DNA from: Scenedesmus sp. PABB004 | Lineage: Eukaryota | Assembly (NCBI GenBank): GCA_014905635.1 | Contig: JABVCE010000014.1 | Location: 248,001-312,000, forward strand | Direction: 5' to 3' | DNA length: 64,000 nucleotides | Shown: positions 61,327 through 64,000 of the stretch, in pieces | How positions within the stretch are numbered: position 1 is the first letter of the stretch | Layout: every line of letters begins with the position of its first letter | The notes under the pieces: generated by a model | The model's input: only the letters and a program-made list of their open reading frames with translations | Databases searched by the model: none | What the model was told of the DNA's origin: nothing | Made by a program: the position numbers and the translations under genes

Positions 61327-64000
61327 TCAGGCGCGCGAGACGATGCTCGCGCGCAGCGGACTCAGCGTGGCCGCCTCGCCCGGCGTCAGCGGCCGGCCCA
61401 GCGGCGCGAGCGGCTCCGCCACGACCGCCGCGCGCGCGGCGGCGCCGGCGCTGAAGCTGCTGCCCGAGCGCGCCACCAACGCCGCGCGCGCCGCCTCGCC
61501 GGCGAGCGCGGCGACCGCGCCCGCGGCGGGGCTGGCGGCGCGCCAGGGCGGCGAGCCGCGGCCGCCGCCCGCGCCGGCGGCGTCCTCCCCGTCGCCGGCT
61601 GCGCCCTGCGAAGCGGGGCGGCCGCCGGCGCCGGAGAACATGCGCTTCGGGCTCATCGCCCGCATGATCTCCCGCGCCCGCCTGAGCGAGGGGCTGCCGC
61701 CGGCGCTGCCCGCCCGGGCCGGGCGCTCGGCCTCCTGGTCAGGCGCCGGCGCCGCCTCGAGCAGCGCGAGCCGGCGGAGCGCGGCCGCGACGCCGGGGCC
61801 CTCCAGCGCGCCGTCCGGCGCAGCCCCGGCGGCGGCCTCCTGCAGGCCGCCGGGGGCGGCCGCCGGCGCCGACACCAGCACGCCCGCGCGCTCAAGCGCC
61901 GCCTGCTGCAGCGCCAGCTGCTCCGCCTGCGCGGCCAGGAGCCGCTCCAACGCGCTGTCGCCGCCGCCGCCGCGCGGCGCGGCCGCGCGGGGGCTGGCGC
62001 TCGGGCTCCGCCCCGCGCCGCTGCGGCGGCTGCCGCCGTGCAGGCTGCCGCTGTGCAGGCCGCTCGCGTGCAGGCCGCCGCCGGCGTCGCTGGGCACGGT
62101 CGTGAAGGTCACCGCCGCGCCGCGCCCGGCGGCGCCGCCGGCGCTCGACGCGTGGCGGCTCGCGCTCGCGCGCAGGCGGCGGCTGAGCTCGTGGTCGCGC
62201 AGGATGGCACTGATGTGGTCCGCCAGCTGGTCGCCGGCGGCGAGGCGCTCCTCGCCGCGGATGGTGTCCTCGTCAATGACCACGCGCACCGCGCCTGCGC
62301 ACGCGCGCGCGGCGCCAGCGGCGACGGCGGCGACTGAGCAATTGCTCAGTCTTGCTTGCAAGCGCGGCACACGCGAGTGAGCCGGGGCTCGGCGGCCGCG
62401 GCCCACCCACCGTGCTCGTCTGGCGGCGCCGCCGCCGGCGCGCGCAGCTCCGCCGCGCGCGCGCCGCCGGGCGCCGGCTGCGGCGCCTGGGGCTGCTGCG
62501 CCAGCGGCTGCTGCGCGCCCGGCCCGCGCGCCGGGGGCAGCGCCTCCAGCATGGCGGTGGCCTCCTCGAGCGTGCGGCGCATTGCCTCGGTGCGCTCGCG
62601 CTCCACCCTGCGCGCGGTGGGCAGGCGGCGCGTCGGCGCGCCGTGCTGCCTTCAAACTGCCGCGCCGGGGCCGGCCGGCGCCCGCGGGCGCTGTCGCCGG
62701 CGCCCCACCTCAGGTCCCACTCCAGCTGACCCATCTGGTGCCACATGCACCCGGCGCCTGTGAGGCTGACGAGCGGCGCGCAGCACGGCGGCGTGGCGGC
62801 GACCGCGCGCGGCTGGCAATCAGCAGCCGCCTGCCCGCACGCGGCGCAGCACTGGCCGCCGGCGGCGCGCTGTGGGGCGCGCGGCGAGGCGCCGCAGCCG
62901 CCGCAGCAGTGCACAGGCGGCGAGGGGGGCTGCCGCAGCACCTCCGCCGTGCGCGGCGGGGGACTGGCGGGGGGCCAGCCGGGGCTGGCGCCGCGCGGCG
63001 ACGCCGCGTCGCACGCGCTCGGCGCGGTGTCGAGCGCGCTGAGCGCGGCGGCCAGGGCCGCGCGGACCTCCTCGGTCGTCGTCGTGAGCTCTGGGATCGC
63101 CGTGCTCGCGGCCGCGAGCGCCTGCGTCTGGCGCTCCTGCGCCGCAGCGGCGCCGGCGGGTCGCGGCGTCACCGCTGGCTGCGCCAGCCGCGCGCCGCGC
63201 GCACGCTCCGCGCCGACATCGCACCATGACCTGGCTCGTTGCCAGGCAGATGGCCCACAGGTAGTCGAGGCAGGCCTGGCCGAGCGCGAGAAGCTGGCGG
63301 TAGTGGCGCGGCGTGAGGCTCGCGGGGTGCTCGCCCTGAACGCTGCCAAACGCGACCTGCGGCAGCAGCCCCTCCAGCGCGCCCACGTCGCCGCGCGCGA
63401 CCTGGCGGCGGCGGCGGCGCCGCCGGCGGGCGTGCTCCGCCGCGGGCCGCCGCTCGATCAGGCGCCGCGGCCGGCTCAGCAGCACCGGCGGCCGCCAGCC
63501 GCACCAGCTGCGCGACGTCCACGCCAAACACGAGCCGCCAGCTGATGTCGAGCCGGTGGCGCTGCAGCGAGTGGCGCCGCGCCGCCGCGTCTTCCGCCTG
63601 GCGCGCGGCGGCCGCGGCAGCGCGCGGTGCGCGCGCGCCGGCGGTCAGCTGGCAGGGCACCCCTGTGCGCGACGCCTCCCGCCCCTGCGAAGCGCCCCGC
63701 GCGCCTCGAGGCTGTCCAGCGCGGCATTGTAGTGCCGGTCGGCCTTCTCCAGCGCCTCGCGCGCGGCCGCCACGCCCGCCAGCATGCCCTCTGTCAGCAG
63801 CGCGCCGCGGCCGCGCAGCTGGCCGAGCAGGCGGCCGCCCTGGCCGAGGTAGTCGCCGGCCGCCGCCTTCCAGCTGCGCGCAAGGGCCAGCGGGCAGCGG
63901 GCGGCTCGCCGTGGCAGCGCGGGCGCTGCAGCGGCGCGGCCGCCCCCTGCGTGTGCGCGCGGCGCGCACCTCTCGGCCGCCGCGAGCGCGGTGACGTAGA
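61327..64000 (-). CDS. DZIP1/Iguana N-terminal-domain protein, 5' end outside the window
   Basis: RLDISWRLVFGVDVAQL|VARGDVGALEGLLPQVAFG..LLALGQACLDYL matches Dzip-like_N; coiled-coil and low-complexity tail. Confidence 0.65.

Overview
Eukaryotic nuclear DNA with very high GC content (roughly 75-80% by eye) and many introns. TGTAA-type poly(A) signals, TTTAGGG-like motifs and plastid-targeted genes point to a chlorophycean green alga, probably Sphaeropleales (inference). Most ORF-track entries are GC-content artefacts, so genes were rebuilt exon by exon and outer coordinates are given. About 20 spliced protein genes are present: class I HDAC, a membrane protein, CorA-like transporter, plastid Cu P1B-ATPase, PrxQ, two tandem WrbA/FQR, a CASTOR/POLLUX-like channel, a secreted ShKT-aldo-keto reductase, a fused beta-alpha Co-type nitrile hydratase with a very long His-rich linker, a TSP1-subtilisin, three secreted beta-helix paralogues, HSBP1-like, ENKD1-like, a C1A protease, GH43, Moco-sulfurase-like and DZIP1-like. 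The most notable element is invisible to the ORF track: a spliced non-coding host gene (~4.4-9.5 kb) whose introns carry about 19 snoRNA-type RNAs. These include U14, rRNA guides with identifiable targets, two H/ACA RNAs, a ~270-nt orphan C/D RNA, and a 9-copy family of orphan, highly structured box C/D RNAs sharing a covarying hairpin with a nearly invariant UUUCCUG loop. rRNA target assignments come from recalled conserved rRNA sequence, not from a search.
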